NCBI GenBank assembly: GCA_040954595.2
Contig: CM082583.2
Coordinates: forward strand, 3,357,060-3,421,059
Source: Balanoglossus misakiensis
Lineage: Eukaryota; Animalia; Hemichordata
Direction: 5' to 3'
Length of the DNA stretch: 64,000 bases
A program made the position numbers and the translations under genes. A model generated the notes under the pieces. That model ran no database searches. It was not told the origin of the DNA and was given only the letters and a program-made list of their open reading frames with translations. Shown one piece after another: positions 1 to 14,100 of the stretch; the first letter of the stretch is position 1, and every line of letters begins with the position of its first letter.

Positions 1-296
1 ATCATGAAGCCTATTCTTGACATTTGAAAGTGTGCTAATTCATAATAAATTGTCAACATTGTCTGTCAGTGTATACTAGTTTACAACCCAGTCTTTATAA
101 AATCAGCAAGTTTCTTAAAACTTGGTGAACATTGTAAGTGTAATAAGTGTCAGTATGAGTGAGACCAACCAAATCGCCATGGACCCTGTAACATACAGTG
201 CCACGTATGAGTTATACATGTAGGTCTATAAAGTTACCTACTCTTTGTTATGTCAGAGTGTAGTCTCTGTTTAACACAGTTATTTGAATCTTGTAG

Positions 297-2976
297 CTGT
301 GGAGGGTTGGATACTGTTTGTAACCGGTGTGCAAGAAGAAGCCACAGAAGAAGACATTGTGGACAAATTTGGTGACTATGGTGAAATTAAAAATATCCAC
401 ATAAATTTAGACAGAAGAACTGGTTTCCTCAAGGTATGTAACATACAGTTTAGTGTACAAGCAGGATTCCAATGTGTATTTAAAGTGGAACGTTGTGATC
501 CGTTTTTGAGCCAATTCTGCGAAATGCGATTAAAAAGTGCTATGAAAAACGTTGGTTTCATTCACTTTCACTTACGCATAACAGAGCTACAGCCAGCCAA
601 AAACTGCGCGAACCCGGAAGTGAGTGACGTCAGCAACTCGTTGGAGCGAGCTTATGCTTATACACGCCTGCACTCACGCGACCGACGACGTTAGCATGGC
701 AACATATTCTCGGGTAGTAGGCTACAATTTTGAACCAGAGATTCCCTTCTACGACCAAGCGACTGAATTTTACAGAGGACAAAAGTTCATGCAGTTCTGA
801 TCTCCGATGTGTCCCGTTTGTCAAGGCTTACACTTGGTGTGGTTTCAGTAAAACCATAGACCCTAGAGTCTATGGTGAAACAGACAATGCTGCAATTAAA
901 CAATACCCTCCCTCGTTGTCTCTCCCTCGTTGTCACCTTTTCGAACCACTTTTCTTACAAAAATACTTAGTCACCTTTTATGGAGTTGAAAAGAACGCAG
1001 GTGCATCGTCCTGCTCTCCAGGTGTAGTACGTCCGTAGTATAATGGAAGCCAATACTATAGTTATTGTATGCATGTTTCGTCTCTTGAAATGTATTAAAA
1101 CTGCCCTTTTTAGTTGCTTTCATTTGATAACTATGCGATCGTCAATAAATGGAAATTAAACCCAAATACGTGTACCAAAAAACGTGCAGGAAGGATTTAA
1201 AACGGTACGTTTATTATTATCAGCGGCAGTTAGAACAACTTTGTATAGGCCTTACGGTTTGTTCATAAACGTCGACATGCATGGCATCATGGACATTGCA
1301 GGGTCTATGTCTGCACGCATCGACAAATACAATACACGAAGAGCATTGCGTTTGAAAGAAACTTATCCCCGTCGATTTTCCGAATATGTTTTTAAAATCA
1401 TGAACTTGACATTTCGCCATGTCAGATCCGCGCAAAATGTGTCTGTTTATTGGAAATGACACGTCGAACGTGTAAGTTGCTGACGTCACTGTAGTATTTT
1501 CAACGCGCGTCTTCTGCTTGCGCAGGAAGTGAAAGTGAATTAACCCATCGGAACGTTGCCGTTTTTGACACCCGGTTTGTACTTTGAAGCCCAAAATTGA
1601 GGGTGTCGTTCCACTTTAATTGTAATACATACTGTACATGTATCTTAAGTATACGAAATAAGAAATTCACTTTTTGAAATACACATTTCTCTGCTAATGA
1701 TCGAGCTCAGTATCCCTAAAACTATATATTTTCTGAAAGCTAAAATACAGAACATTTGGTTATTTTAGTGAGACCATTGTTTACACAACTATCACGGACA
1801 AACAATTTAAATTACAGTACCTTCATAAAACAGGTTTCGATGTTTTGTGTAAACGCTTGGAAATATCTGGCTCAAATTGGTGTGAATGCAAGCTGTCGTT
1901 ATTATCATACGAGGTGTCTCACAGATATTTTAAAAACCAAGTCCAACTAGCTTAATTTTTATGACGCGAAAACTTCCGGAGCAGTGAATAAACCATAGTC
2001 TATTGGAAGTTATCGTGTCATAGAAATTGAGCTGGTTGGTTTTTTTAAAAAATCCGAGACACACCTTGTATGATAGTTACGAAAGATAAAAAAGTGACTT
2101 TGTCCCTAAAGATGACCAGAGAACTGAATTGACCCTCCAATGTATATGTCTGTTGTCAGGGTTACACATTAGTAGAATATGAGACCTTCAAAGAAGCACA
2201 GGCAGCAATGGATGCACTGAATGGAACTGAACTTTTAGGGCAACCTGTCGGTGTAGACTGGTGCTTTGTCAGAGGACCCCACAATGTCAACAAAAAGAGG
2301 TCAGTCTTCTCTTCATTTCTTTCAATTATACTAAACTTTTTTTTTTGAAATACAAACACTTGTCTGTGGCGATGTGTCCCCATTTACATGCAGTAGTATA
2401 TGATTGATACATTTGATACCAACCTATTCCTACAAGAAAGATGCATGTCAATTATCTGCATTGATCAATGTTTGAACTGTCAAATGTGACATTAAAAATC
2501 ATTAACAGAGTTGGAAGCATCTAAGAAAGCTCAATCATACACAAATTAGAATTATATTGAAAACAACACAGACATTGAAGTCAATAGTTTAATATTGACT
2601 TGAATATACCAAATTAATTCATTAATTAGATATGTGAGATCATTACATTGGTTCATATTCAAAGAAGACTGTGAGATCAGTGAAATTGCATGTTCAAAGA
2701 TGGCAGCTGACACGATATCAGAATGCAATGTGTGGAAAACAAAGAGGTTACTGACCACAACTCCAACAGAGAATACATATGAAATTGTTTCCTTTGATGA
2801 AGTACTCGAGGATAGGTCTGTGGTTGTAATCATGAAGAAATCTCACCTTGGGGAACATGTTTGTACCATAATCATTTCCTTCAGGTGGATGTTATGTATA
2901 CATCATAAGTTCATCACTACATATTAGTTGACACCATGTTTCTTTCTTTTCTTACAGGAGTAGCAGAAGACGTTAA
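297..2976 (+). CDS. RBM8A: RNA-binding protein 8A (Y14), exon junction complex; 5' exons lie upstream of the window
   Basis: Exons 297-433, 2160-2299 and 2958-2976 have GT-AG sites and consistent phases. They give (S)[45 protein letters not shown]|[40 protein letters not shown]...RSSRRR*, the Y14 RRM. AATAAA at 2982. Confidence 0.97.
484..1615. mobile_element. Non-autonomous TTAA-specific DNA transposon (Kolobok-like) in RBM8A intron
   Basis: TTAA(480-483)|AGTGGAACG ... CGTTCCACT|TTAA(1616-1619); no long ORF inside. Confidence 0.75.
855..874. mobile_element. 20-bp P-element-type remnant or excision footprint
   Basis: CATAGAC-cctaga-GTCTATG flanked by a 7-bp near-duplication GTAAAAC (848-854) / GTGAAAC (875-881). 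Confidence 0.55.
1910..2068. mobile_element. Tc1/mariner-type MITE
   Basis: TA|CGAGGTGTCTC...TTTTAAAAACCAA at the left end and TTGGTTTTTTTTAAAAAATCCGAGACACACCTTG|TA at the right: imperfect TIRs with a TA TSD. Confidence 0.6.
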
Positions 2977-3189
2977 GAAACAATAAACAAGCTCATTATT
3001 CATGTCTGATCTTTAGCATTTTTTATCTTTTCACCAGAAAACATTGTATATACATGTACATGTACATCATTCAGTAGACAAAGTGACTCCCAGTTTTGAA
3101 AAAGTACAGAAAAGAGTTCTTACCAAGGCTAGAAAATGTCAAGCTTTTTGACATAATTGTGTGGGGGGACTACGTCATTGGTGATTTAA

Positions 3190-3250
3190 CCCTAATGCTA
3201 CTGGGTGTCATACCTGTTTAGAGTGTCAAGTCCCTTTGCCACTTTTTCGT
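3190..3250. mobile_element. Fragment of piggyBac-like MITE (same family as 34674-34978) downstream of the RBM8A stop
   Basis: TTAA|CCCTAAT...GGTGTCATACCTGTTTAGAGTGTCAAGTCCCT is shared with the left end of the copy at 34674. Confidence 0.6.
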
Positions 3251-5102
3251 CAGACCTCTGTTGCAAACCACTTTTCATAGTCCTTTGGTGTCTGGTTTAG
3301 ACAGGTTTTTCTGCATCAGAAGTTAGTTACGTTGACATGTGTACTGAATTGTTGTGAAAACTTGACTGCCACTTTTATCGTTGACAAATGTCAATCTTTC
3401 AGTGATGCGCTTGGGTTTGTTCCAGAAAATTATTGTTGCATGTATGTTGGTTGTGAAATGATGGCAGCAGATGAAAACAACAGTTAACACTCATAGGAAA
3501 CAAAATAAAAGAGTTGACTTGAAATTAATATACCGTATTCCATCTTCATTACACATTGTCTTCTACTCATCATCCCATTTTCCAAGTTTGTGAACGAAAC
3601 CTGATTTTGATGTAGAATGGCTGTGTTTCTTCCCAGTTATAACAGGACTTGTCACTTGGAATGTATCATTTGTTCCACAGTACATTTACTCTGAAAATGC
3701 ATTGGTTAGGGTTACTGTTCAAGATGCATGTATATACATGGATCATGCCCCTGTACCAGTTTATGCTTGTTTTTGTGTCCTAGATGGATTTTAAAGGGAA
3801 TACACTTTTCGAAATAAAGTCTGTTTTTGAAAGATATTATGGAGTGGAGAGTGTTGATTGATATGTGATATTGTTGTAGAGATCTTATTCTGAATACGTA
3901 GGGCAGAAATAAAATGTACTTTTTCCAACTTGGATCACACCTAGGAGCCAGCAAACTAAATTTCAAAGCAATCATGGAAGAGGGTTTCTGAGAAAGAGTT
4001 TTTGACCAAAAATGCCCCCAAAATATATAGTACATGTAGATCTCATGTTTCTGTACATGTATGTGCATGCACAGACACTAACTGGTCCCACAAGTTGCCA
4101 CTGGTCTCTATACACACCAAATGGGAGACAAAATAGTTCTCAACTTCTCTCTCTTGCATGTGCATGATGACATTGAATATTCACACAATGTTTGTGTGTT
4201 TTCAATGGAAACTTTATCACAATCAATTTGTTCTTGAATAAGATGATAAGCTGTACTTATAAAGAAACCAAGCCCCACTGGAAACCCTTTTCCAACAATG
4301 TGACAGAAGGTGTCTTTAGAGGAACAAACTTCTAGATAGGACATACTTCATCTTTGCAGAGGGCCATTCAACAAGATTATGAATCCCTCTTTAGTAGCGA
4401 CTGAATACTTCGAATACTATTAAAGTCAAACTCGGCATACTGAGTGAATGTATTATTGAAATGCCACTTTATTCATCAATTCATTGTATAATCTCAATAC
4501 ATTTTTATTTTACATTGTATATTACAAAACTCTGCCCCTTCTTGCTGATTTGCCATAAACATTGAAATACATGTACATGTAAATAGAATAAAATTACAAT
4601 TAAAATATCTTCCTATGGTTGCAAATGAAGACATTATCAGTAACACAATACTGCAGTTGGGATATTTTGATAAATCTTGTGAATTGATGAAAAAAAATAT
4701 CAATCTAGAAACAGCAAAGGAATAAAAAAGTAAACAAAAGGTAAATATGTACAGAAACAAACTTGACCATATATAAAACAAGTGTTCCATTTTATAAACC
4801 TATTCATCTTCAAACTCTGACTCAATATCACAAAGTTCAGATTTAGTCAAGGCATTCCAATGTCTTTCACTTAAATGTCCTGCTGGGCCATTCTCCACAC
4901 AGAGACAAGCATGAGTAAGTTTAACCTAGGTGTCTGATCGATACTCCATATAATATAGTCTCTGGATATCAAACAAATGTTGGTTCAAATGAAAATATAT
5001 ATACTTGCATACACATTACACATTCTGCTTTGGAAAACCCTCGTACATTCAAATCTTACATTAACAGTGCATGTTAATTCATCCACACTGATAGATCTAT
5101 GT

Positions 5103-8100
5103 TTATCCACTTCTGAATTTCTCAATTTTCTTCGCTTCATCACCACCACCAGTGTTAGGCTCTTTGTATTTCTGTACATTTTCCACCTCAGATCTCAGTT
5201 TATACCATCTGTCTTGCATTCGTACTTGTCTCACACTTTGCTGTGACAGTCTGAAATGGAAAGTATTGTAAAGTTATATTCCTATGATTTGTCCAGAATA
5301 AAATAATCTTATCTTTAGAAAAAAAGTTTGCTTCTTTTTAGTGTGCATGCGGTTGTATTTTTAAAGTTGTCAGATAATTTTTCATTACTTTTGAGCTGTA
5401 ACCTTTGCCCCTCCCCCCTCCGATCAGTATGAAGCATGGAAATTGACCAATAGTATGAAGTAACATGTTCAAGTCCAAAATAACAACATCTGCTGACAAT
5501 GTATAGTCAAGTCTTTCAACACATATTTAATGCATGCATTCTGTATGGTGACCACATACGACTTTTGACAATTGACGCTCACAAAACATGCCACATTATT
5601 AAAGTTACAAAAGAAAATCTACTAAAATGCAATGTGGTTTGGAGTTACCGGGTAAGGACAATTATTGTAACACTCTAAAAGAAGTAATCATGCAAACTAA
5701 AACAGTGGTGACAGACAACCTGTTATTTATAGATGTAAACACAAATGCGTGCTGATTTGTGTTCTGAAGGAAGGGAAAAATAAAATGAATATTGGAAAAC
5801 AAATGCAGATCAAATTCGAAAAGCATCGTACCGCTCTGCCAGCAGATCTTCAACTCTCTTCTCGGCTGTTACATGAACCATGCTCAGTTGTGCTTCAGGA
5901 AGTCGTTTCCAATATTTATCCAGCGTCGGGAAAGAACGCAACTGGAACACAAAGAGTGACGTCAAACCACTGTTGGGTATGTAGTCTTCATTGGGATCCA
6001 ATTGTGTGCCTGCAAAAAACAAAGGATGTTACACATGTACGTACAAAGGTGGTTTAGATTGGCTTCACAGATGAACTGTACTGTAGTGTATTTCAGAAAA
6101 ACAAAAACGTGTAAAGAACTGATGAAAAATGTTAAGTTTGGAACACTTACAACACAAAGAAGCTTTCCAAAAATCATTAAACTGTCTAGATCAACAGTGT
6201 TTTTCTCACCTTTGACATATAACATTTGACCTTCAGCTCCAATGGCTAAGACAGGAGACCATGGAGATGTCATTTTATGAGTCTGTGGTAGGATTACTTC
6301 GCACAATGTTTGACTCTTTGTGATGTCATGTAACATTGCTTCACAGTTCTGCTTGATAGTTAAAATCTAAGCATGGATGAAAAACAAATCAAAAGAAGTC
6401 AGTTTTCCTCACAACAGTCACCAGCATGATTGTAGAATGTGTCCAAGAAAAAATAAAAACTCATCGACATAGCAAATTCTTGATGTCATTTTAGAAATAA
6501 AAAGAAAAATATTGGTCCCAGTGTTGTTTCCACGGAAATCATGGAACTCTTTCTGATACAGTGTGCACTCCATCACTATGCATCTTACAAAATAATTTGC
6601 TTCTGTGAATAAAAAAGACTGTATGTTGATTTATATTTTGAGTTGCTAAGATTGGACGAAACTAGACTTTCATTGTGGAGATGGATGTAATGGTTTATCC
6701 AGTTATTAATTATTCTGAACTCAAGAATCACAAGAAATCCTAGACTGGGGAGAACTTAATGGCACGATGATAATTATGTTTGTAGCCAGAGAGTGTTTGA
6801 AGATCAACTTACCACATGTGGCATTGCTGGTAGGGGTTCAATCAGTGAATAGGACTGATCACTCGTGCTTTGTCTGAAAATAACAACAAAGGAACAAATC
6901 AAAATGTGGGTGTATAATTGTTTTCTAGGCAATATAATAAGCAATCTAATAAAATTTATTTCCCGAGTATGAAATGGAAGAGAGGCAAGATTTGTCCTGA
7001 ATATGAATGCAGCATTGCAGACAATTGACAGCAAAGCAAAGTTTAAATAACTTTTGAAATGCATAGGACTGAGTGTGATTTTCCAACCAGATGTATTTTT
7101 ACTGTAAAAAACACCTGTATTTTGCTTTCAACTTGATGTCGTTACAAAGAGCTGTCCTGGGTTATAAAATTGTTCAAATATGACAACAAGACATTACTTT
7201 GTGGAAAGTTGTGGATTTTTTGTGATTCCAGACTGGGTAATAACTGATGTACCAGACAGAGCAATACTGTAAAACGGGTTATTTTCGTGACAGGAAATTT
7301 TCGCGATATCAAAAGAGGAAACTGTTACGCAAGGATTAATTTTCACGTTCTCGTATTTCACTGCATCCTTATCTCCGAAAAACAACAACATTTTTACGAG
7401 ACTTTTTATCTTCACATTTTTTTTCGGCTCTCGCGTATTTATCGAAAATTTATTGCTCGCGAAAATAACAGTAATTGATATACAGACTGGGCAATAACTG
7501 ACCTGCCAGACAGGGTAATCACACTTAATTCATCAGCACCTCTTCCACAAGGGACCATACAGAGAGTACCGTCACTACAACCAACAAGAAGACCTGATGC
7601 TCTGGGTGTGGGATAGGGAGGGTAGTCCTCCAGTGATTGTGCTAATACACTGGGGTTTAAGAATCTCAGATAATTCACACTGGCAGTTCCTGTAGCTTTA
7701 TATGATGTGATTGGCACACCTGTGTATGAAACAGAGATTGAAACTGTTAACTTCTTCTTGGTGACAGGCAGCAGCAAGTTGAATCTTTTTTTGTTCAAAA
7801 CTGGTTTGAAACAAGAGAGTGACATTATGATGCCTCATTATTTTGTGGCGAAGGTGTAACAATGTCAAGGCATCAGTAGAACAAGTTCTTCTGGTAAACA
7901 AATAACGTTTCATGTATCACAATCTGCGAGGGATGTGGTCATCAGTGTGCCCTCTAAGCTCAAATGACGTGCCATTGACTCAACAAACTCACTGGTGACT
8001 CAAGAAAATTGTCCACAGTGCATGCAAAGGTATAGGGCTGGTATACAAATCCTCAAATTGACTCAAAGCTTTGAAAAATTATGTGTGTTAGAGGGCACAC

Positions 8101-11100
8101 TGGTGGTCATAACTTTTGTTTGAAGAAGACAGGGCTAAATTTTGTATGTTGCATGTCTTTTATCTGTAAAACTTTGCAGAATATTTAGTATATTCCATAT
8201 GGTATAGAATTAAAACTTTAGGGCTCTGGTACAGGTTTTGTGGACCTTGGTGGCATGGTCTTCACTCCACAACTGCCTAATTCTCGCTCAGGCCCTTCTG
8301 CTTCATGACCATGGTACATAAAACCCATATCAGGGCTGTACAGATCAACAATGTTGGTCTGCGGCACAATGAAACCACTGACAGTAAAACAATCTTCACC
8401 ACCTCCATCATTATTATCATCATAATGTCACCACCATTGATCTGTTCTTTTTCCCTCGTCCAACTTCTTCCCCCACTGACAAATATTTCGGGGCCAAAGA
8501 ACTCACCTATATATTTGTCCCATGCTATAACACTGCCATCTTCAAATCCAAGGGCTATCAGAGATGTACACGGACTTGCAGCAATAGCCGATATAGGACA
8601 GGCATTAGGCCATAGCAGATCTGCCTTGTGTTCAATATCTGTGAATTTATCGGTGAGAAATCATAATATAATCTACAATTTATATTGTATCATTTCATTC
8701 ATTTGACAGTATGAACAGTAAAGGTATCTGTTTAGTAAAGTGCCCCTTTTCTTAGTTTCAAAGATTAATTTCAGGATTTCTAACGCATGCTATTTGACAG
8801 CATTCCTTTGATATGTGAAAGTTGTAAAATGACTCAAATCAGTTGGTGACATTTATTAGAACCCTTGGTAGTATTAGCAATCACACATTTTGCAGATGTA
8901 ATACTTTTCATCAGTTATCGGGTGAGTCATACACAGAAGTTAATCACTTGATCTGAGAGGCTCAGATCCAAATTACCACAGCCAAAAACTGTTCCTTACA
9001 ATAAGGAAAGGGCAATAGAGATGATGGTATCAATGTCATATTAACCATTTCAATAGATACATTTCAGTATTCTAACAACAGAATCTTGGAACAATAGTGG
9101 ATTTCTCACTAGAAGTTTTGTCTAGAATTACTGTGCCGTTTCATTAATAAACATATTTTTCCTGTTTGCAACATCCCCTTGATTTGATCATTGATGTCAA
9201 TGTGAATTAAGAAACAGCTAGGAAATGTTGTAGGTAAGAGAGCCAAAGTCGCTATGCAGTTCTCAAAATTAGGTTCCTTATTTTCTTTAATAGACTGGGA
9301 ACTGTTTTTTGTATTTAATTACTAATTTATTGGCATAGAGAAATCATTTCAGTGCTCCTTTTTTGATAATTTCTTTTGCAATGGTAACATTGATGTTGAT
9401 TTTCATGTAAAATATTTAGCATAGCTGTTTTAAAAATCATTATTGGCCAACAATGGAATATGAAACCATTTGTATACATTCAAGCGTTGATTGACTCCGT
9501 GAACTTAGCTGGCTCAATGCGGGATTGATGATAAACCCTTCCATAAATTCCATGTACAAATGTAGCAATGGATTAAGCTATCTAACAGTACTAATACCTT
9601 GCAGTACCAAACAATGCAAACATGGAGAATAATGATTATCATAATAGTATGAATAATACACAACAGGGTCATATGTAGTTGCTTATATGTACAATATGAA
9701 TTTAGCAAATGAAAGCATGTTTTCAGAGATGTATATTTATTTTAAAAGGTTACTGTTAGCTGCGTGCATGGCATCATGAATTAGTTGTGTTATGATGATT
9801 AGCTGTTAGCAAGCAAATATTCAAATACTTGCAGTTAACTTTAAAAATAAAATGTAAAGCTATGTTTTACAGTTCCATCATTTTTCACATTGACTGATTA
9901 GTAATTCCTACTGTTGACTATAGTCTATCCAATATAAATTTTACAATTAACTCAACATAATGTTTTGAAAGTCAAAGAACCTAATTATCTACTGCTATAA
10001 AAATTGACAAAAACATTGGTGTGCAAAGTTGAGAATAATATTGCTCAATCACATCTATTTTGCTATTAAATAAAATTTCATTTCAAATCAAACATGCAGA
10101 TTTAAAAGGCAAATATAACACTGTGCTTTCAGTTAACTTTGCTGTATACCCACTGTGTCTCTATCAAGGAATGATATACACACCAGTGTGCCCTCTAAGC
10201 CCATATGACCCATCACCAACTCAACAAACTCACTGGTGACTCAAGAAAATTATCCACACTACATGCAAAGGTATAGGGCTGGCTCAGAGAAATTTCTAGA
10301 AATCCTCAAATTGACTCAAAGCTGATACACACTCTGTCTACAAGGCGATACTGGCATTATTTCTTGCTGGCATGGTTCCATGCACAAATTGGTGCACATC
10401 CCAAATCTTACTGTTCTGTTACTTTCACGGCCGTTTGGACTCATAGTGCAATGCAAACAAAAACTTTCAATTTTCAATCATTTAGCTGAACTCTGGCAGA
10501 ATTATCGTCAGCCAAAGAGGATATAGGGATAATGATGCATTTATGAAAATTTGCCATCATTTTGTGATATCACCAGAAATTTCATATGATGAATATGTTT
10601 TCCTTCATTCTTTCAAGTTTTATTCGAAAATATTGAAACAACAGTGGATAGACTTTGAATGTTATTAATAAACGGTATTTAACTCTGTAGCATAATTCGA
10701 TTGAATAACCAAACTTTTTGCATATTTTAACAATATCCCTGTTCTCCAAGAGGTTCGGATAATCAACGTTCTACTGTACATGTATAGGGGATATATTCAT
10801 TGTGCCACTTTTTGGGGGGATATACACACTGTCACAATATCAGGGATCAATACACACTGTGCCCCTACCATGGACATAATATTTTACTACATGCCTTGAT
10901 GATAATTTCAATTCAATTTCAAAATTTTCGGATGAGATTGCCAAAATGACAAAAAGTGCCCCATAAATATAATTTTATATGCAGATACATATAAAAGAAT
11001 TTTATCTACCATGAGGCATGTAATAAAACATAATGACAACCCAAATATGGAATTCTCAGGCATGACAGCAAGTGTGTTGGCAAATTATCAGATGCTCATA

Positions 11101-14100
11101 GTCACACGCATCTATGTTCAGGTTGCAATATTTTGTGTCTCTATTAAGTGATACACTATGTGCCTCTGTCAACAGATTCTAGAAGAGTTGCATTGGGAGG
11201 TTCTAGGAGTGCACTTACCAACATTACCAGAGCGCTTGTCTGTTGGAGCTACAATGAATAGTGTTTTTATGAAAAAGAGAGAAAAACACAGACTATATAG
11301 TGCATTGATTACTTTATCTGTCGCTCATTGTTTTGCCTTCGTCTAGAATGAATTCTCCACAAATGTAATGAGTAATCATTCTAAACAATGTTCTGACTTT
11401 CCATACTCAGGTAAACCAAATGTATATTACCAAACATTTGGTTTCAACTACTGACTATGTTTGGCATGAGAAACAGACAATCTGTACCAGGTAGATTAAC
11501 CCAAATGCCACACCTTACCACCCCTATATTTAGATATCACCCATTTTGTACGTAATGATAATTTTACAATAGAGATGGGTAAACCACACTTCCCAAGTAA
11601 CAGTTGTGCAATTAAACCATGATTTCTCTCTTGACATTGTTACACAGCAGCTTTTGTATTTGCTATCAGCAGTGCCAGTGACACTATGCTTTCTGAAAAT
11701 GGATTACACCGCCTCAATAAAGTGAACCCATAAATAGCCTTTTACAATGCTCAAAATCGTATGTGATTCTTCCTTTAAAGGGAAGTGGCCGTCGCGCCGC
11801 ATGGGTGTCCCCCTTGACGAGAATATGTCCTCCCATACCAGAGCAAACTCCACTGTAGTCGCCACCACCTACAACGTACAAGGATCTTCAGTTGCTGTCA
11901 TGCCCAGTCTACGCTACAGTTGGCTGCTTCGTTCATTCTAAGAATGATCTAATTTCAGGAATTTGTGGATGAATTTAATGTTTATCAACAAACAAACGTT
12001 GTGCGACGACTGCTTCCCTTTAAAGAAATGAGTATTTTACACAATCATGTAGCTTTGTGGTTTAGAGATATCATGGTTTAGAGGCAAACTACAAGTCACA
12101 ATGGAGGGGTGGGGGTAATTACAGACTAGAACAGGACACAGATGGGGTAATTCACTTTAAACACAGCAGTGGAATAAGAGGGTGGCCATGCCATTATGGA
12201 AATGATTTTGTGATGCAGAGTCAGCGATATTGACAAGCACTTGCCATGCAATCATGCAGCATGAGTCGATTGGGGGTATTTGTCATGCATGTTTTTAAAA
12301 CACAATGATGATGATGATGATCACAAAATCTTCAATGATTACAGTGTTCTCCCCAGGAATTTCTGGCATATATCGGTACATCAACAAAAGTGGACGCAAC
12401 CTGAAACTTTAATCAACAGTGACATCTTGCACTTATATTCCATACTTTTATAGTAAGTACCAACAGAATGATGCCGTAGAACATTAATGACTAAGCCAAG
12501 CCACATGAGTGTGTTGAGACTTGCTTTGAACACATACAATATCTAATTGTACTCGCTCTGGGGAGAACACTAATGAAACTGTACTATTGATGAAACCAGT
12601 TTTGTCAAGATGATTTCATTTGACTCTTTGAGGTGAAAGCCATTACATGAACTACATTGGTTGTACTACAGATATGTTTGATACAGTTGATTCCCTAATA
12701 ATGAGTCCCTGTTTGTTATTGCAAGTAATTTTTTATATCTAGTAATATTCAGCATGCTCATAGCATAATTAAACCTGATAAAGGTGTATCAGTGATCACT
12801 TAAAATCAATTATCTTGATTTTGACAGTATGTAAACGAAGATCATGAAGAGCGCCCTCAAGTGGCAAATCTGTGATTATTGAATTTCACTGAATTTATAT
12901 ACTTCTTTCTCCATCACACAACATTTATTGAAATTTTGAGATAAAAATATTTGTTTTACGTGATAATTACTGCACCATCTCCTACCTTTTGCAGTTTTGA
13001 GAAGATTGTAATGATACAGATTGGTGGAGCCAGTCCAGTAGACAGCTACACTGTTGGGTTTGCCTGTTGTTGCAGCTGAATCCAAGCCAGCAGGTAACAT
13101 TCTACCTGCATTGAGAAACACCAGATTTGGATACTGCCTACAATTGACACAAGAGAAGATCGGAATGGTTATCAGAGTAGAATGTAACAACAACATGCAG
13201 CTAATTGATGGAGTACACAGAAGGTTTTGATACACTTGGTAAAAACAGAATGTACAGCGCTGCAATGAGTTAAAAAAAACCTACAAAGCACTGATGTTAA
13301 GTTGAGATCTAGTAGTGACATATACACGTACATGTACTACAGATTTGATATCCTGTTCTACTATGCAAGCTAGACCTTGAATGCACCAAGCCACATGGCT
13401 TACTTGGTGCACCAGGGCAAACGAAGCATTTTTGCTAAGTTGACTTATTTTTTTCCAGAATATTCCAGAGTCATACTTTGTTATGGTCCCTGTGCAATTA
13501 ACATGTACATTAGTTGACCTGTCTATAAAGGCCACTTGTCTATAAAGGCCAGTTTAGGTATGTCTCTTGACTGGCCACTATAGGCAGGTATTTACCCCAT
13601 CATCTATTTTACCTTGGTCCTGCTGTGTCTGTTTCATCTTCTTTCTGCAGATACTGCAGGTCTTTTTCATGATGTACATTGAAGGCAGCTTTTCTCAATT
13701 CCAAATGATGTGCTAATATGACATTATTACTGCCCGTCCCAATCACTGTTCCGTCATCAATTGTTTTGAAAGCACTGTATGTAGATGAAGCATTACTACC
13801 TGTGAAAAGTGGAAAAGACAAATACTGAATATTACTCAATTGATTCCATACATGATTTGTGTGACTACGCGCTCCGTATGCAACATTATAAGTCTGTACG
13901 CAATTTCCCACAGCTTCTGCGTAGAGTGTACACAACCAAAAAACCCTAATGGAAACACTGCCATATACATTGAATGTACTCACCAGTAAGAGGAGGAGGA
14001 GGTTTTATCCTGAGAACAAGAGACGGCTTGGACAGATTGGCAACATTGATTGGTTGTGCAGTTTGAATATTAGCAGATGAAGTTGGTACAGGTGATGCCC

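Noticed and set aside
284-694. 136-aa ORF as a complete protein
   Set aside because: Only 297-433 is an RBM8A exon; the rest reads through intron and MITE.
7229-7513. Direct repeat CAGACTGGG(T/C)AATAACTGA..CCAGACAG as a duplicated exon end
   Set aside because: Only about 30 bp; the second copy has lost the GT donor and flanks a decayed TA-type MITE (~7266-7473).
10140-11175. Spaced ATACACACTGTG..C..CAAGG-like motifs as a CRISPR-like array
   Set aside because: The units are degenerate and irregularly spaced in a eukaryotic intron with no cas genes; likely a decayed minisatellite.
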